Positions 61,718 through 64,000 of a stretch of 64,000 nt of DNA are shown here, piece by piece. Location: positions 62,001-126,000 of the forward strand of contig BDGG01000011.1 in the NCBI GenBank assembly GCA_001949185.1. The letters are read 5' to 3'. The stretch comes from Ramazzottius varieornatus (taxonomy: Eukaryota > Animalia > Tardigrada). Position numbers and translations under genes: made by a program. The notes under the pieces are model-generated. The model did no database searches. It was given only the letters and a program-made list of their open reading frames with translations, and had not been told where the DNA came from. The number at the start of each line of letters is the position of its first letter. Position 1 is the stretch's first letter.

Positions 61718-64000
61718 TTGTTGGAAATTCCTGTTATCATGACCACCCAGTTCTCTCCCGTCCGTGATATGCCAGACGACGACAACCTTTCTGACGCCTC
61801 TCCCGATTGTCATCATGGTTCACCTTTACCAGCGCCCGGTTTTCTTCGTTCAGGACAACCATTTGCGTCTCGCAGCCCGATACCGGTACCCATTAAGCGT
61901 CGTCGCAACCCGCTGTCTACTGGTTCTCGGCCTGCTCGCGGCGGTCGCGCTATCCGCAGATCCCGTACCATTTCACCCGAAATCCTACCTCCTTTCCCCG
62001 GCCATGGCGAGAACTTTTCGTCTCACCTTTCCGTTTCCCACTCGCGAAGGCCTTCCCCGCAGCCTTCGATTGCCCCCTTCCATCACCGTGGAACCGACCA
62101 TTTCTCTCACCCTTTTGCCACTTGTTCACGCCCCGCTACAGCTCTCTACGTTAACCGTGCCTTCGACCCGGAAAAGATTGCACTCGCTGTCGAGAATAAC
62201 CTGCTCCGAGAGCAGTACGACCAACTGACCTCCCGGCGTTCTAAGCATCGGATCGACCAGGACCACGGTGATGACGACTATGAGTCCCCAAGTCGGAAGA
62301 AGCCTCGCGTCAGTGAACCTCCAAAGAATTTTTGCTTTCCTAAGTCAGCGAGCCCTTACTCCGTATTTTGGCCGACCGTTCCGCCTTCGATCCTTTCCAC
62401 CTCCTGCTTCTAGCATCCCGAAACCTCAGCGCGGCGTTCGATTACAAGACCACTTCTTCCAAGAAATCGTCGTCTCTGACGTCCTCCAGTTCGGATATTT
62501 CGTCTTTCTTGCAATGGCTGGAAACATTCCAGCTGTTTTGCATGTACCGTGGTTGGTTCTTCGCGGACCTTTTTTTGCCGCTGACAGCCTATGGCCATAC
62601 CATCCGTTCCCTTCAAGCAAAGGCGGCCAGTCGTGCCGGTCGTCCTTCCCCAGAGAAGTCCTTTCGAGCCGCCCGCGATGTTATCTGCAGGGATAACAAC
62701 GCAGGACGTTGCTCGACCCCCTGCCCCAACAACCGCTCCCATAAGTGCTCCTACTGCTGGCACATCCATCCTTTCTCCGAATGCAGCCAATATCAGGATG
62801 ACATGAAAGCCAAAAACGCCGCTTCTGCCTGACCGTTTCGAGCGCCATCTCCATGATCATCCGGACCCCTCTTTTGTTCACCAGTTTATCCACGGGTCGC
62901 GCACCGGATTCGAGATCGGGTATAACGGTCCTGAGTTAACCCGTAGCACTTCGAACGCTACCACTACCAAGGAAAACCCTCTAATGGCTGAACGGTTTGT
63001 AGCCAAAGAAGTACGACTTGAACATTCGGCCGGACCGTTCAACGACCCGCCTTTCCCTAATTTTGTTTGTTTCTCCCTTGGACTACGGCCTAAGAAAAAT
63101 GGCGGCGGTCGCTTGATCATGGATTTGTCTCGCCCGTTCGACTATTCAGTCAACGATTTTATCAACAAAGACTTCTATACCCTGCGCTACTGCACAGTCG
63201 ACGACGCTATTGCTCTTATCACTAAAGCCGGACGGTCTTGTCTATTGTCGAAAACCGATTTGGTTGGTGCTTTCTGTTTGATACCTGTCCACCCGTCAGA
63301 TTGGCATTATCTGTGCTTCTTTCTCAACGGTAAGTACTACTTCGGTCAATTTCTACCTTTGGGCGTTCGCTCCTCCCCCGCCCTCTTCAACCAGTTATCC
63401 CTAATCCTAATATGGGTCATCAAAAAAGCTGGTTATACTTCTGCGCTCCATTATATGGACGACTTTCTTTTCGTTGGCGCCCCTGAAACCTCACAATGTA
63501 ATGATATCCTAACTTTCATGAAAGCCGTTTGCGCCGACCTGGGGGTGCCACTAGCCCCAGAAAAAACTGTCAGCCCTACAACGACCCTCGACTTTCTGGG
63601 TATAACACTGGACACCGTCAACTTCACCCTTTCGATTCCCGACGGAAAAATTCAGGAGCTGACAGAATGCCTTTCTACCTTTAAAGATCGTCACAAAGCA
63701 ACCAAGCGTGAGATCCTTAGCCTCGCCGGCAAGTTAAGCTGGTGTACAACATGTATATCAGCCGGCCGTATCTTTTTACGTCGGATTCTGGACCTTGCAA
63801 TGAAGGCACGGCGTTTAGGTCATCAGTTGAAACTGAGCCCGGGTTTCTTCGACGACTTACAATGGTGGACCGATTTTTTACCCCTATGGAACGGCAAAGC
63901 CTCGTTTCTGCAGCCTTATTGGACAGAACCGCACAGTTTAGATTTGTACACGGACGCTGCGGGTTCTGTTGGACGTTGTGGTTTCTTAGCAGGAAAATGG
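61718..64000 (+). mobile_element. Second Ngaro-like retrotransposon (gag + RT/RNase H), running off the window end
   Basis: Gag-like ORFs 61718-62832 ending in ICRDNNAGRCSTPCPNNRSHKCSYCWHIHPFSEC. Pol from about 62850: MDLSRP..SVNDFI, VDDAI, SKTDLVGAF, LPLGVRSSP, HYMDDF, LYTDAAG. Confidence 0.9.

Overview
Eukaryotic (animal) genomic DNA with short GT-AG introns, two 50-N gaps (14460-14509, 22095-22144) and many small DNA transposons. The compact introns, divergent natriuretic-peptide-receptor-type guanylate cyclases, a gustatory-receptor-family gene, a chitin-binding protein and a catalase-like relic suggest an ecdysozoan, plausibly a tardigrade (inference only). 2.3-9.3 kb: conserved genes TRIQK (-), RWDD1 (+) and BBS9 (+). 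9.8-15.3 kb: a tandem set of intronless secreted proteins (one Tyr/Pro-rich, one Thr/Cys-rich, one probable relic) sharing a Cys4 module I do not recognise, C-x4-P-I-G-C-R-F-Q-x-L-x-D-P-x7-C-L-x-V-C-D-Q-P-V. 15.5-28.6 kb: one intact gustatory receptor among disabled gene copies (alkaline phosphatase, class A GPCR, catalase-fold protein, EED/ESC-like WD40, CBM14 protein). 32-49 kb: a secreted PEBP and two head-to-head receptor guanylate cyclase paralogs. One has a catalytically degenerate cyclase domain; the other shows only ectodomain and TM helix in this window. Nested inverted-repeat elements separate them. 54.7-64 kb: two Ngaro-like tyrosine-recombinase retrotransposons, the first split inside its RT by an antisense LINE. 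No rRNA, tRNA or CRISPR array was recognised. All family assignments rest on motifs recognised by eye, not on database searches.
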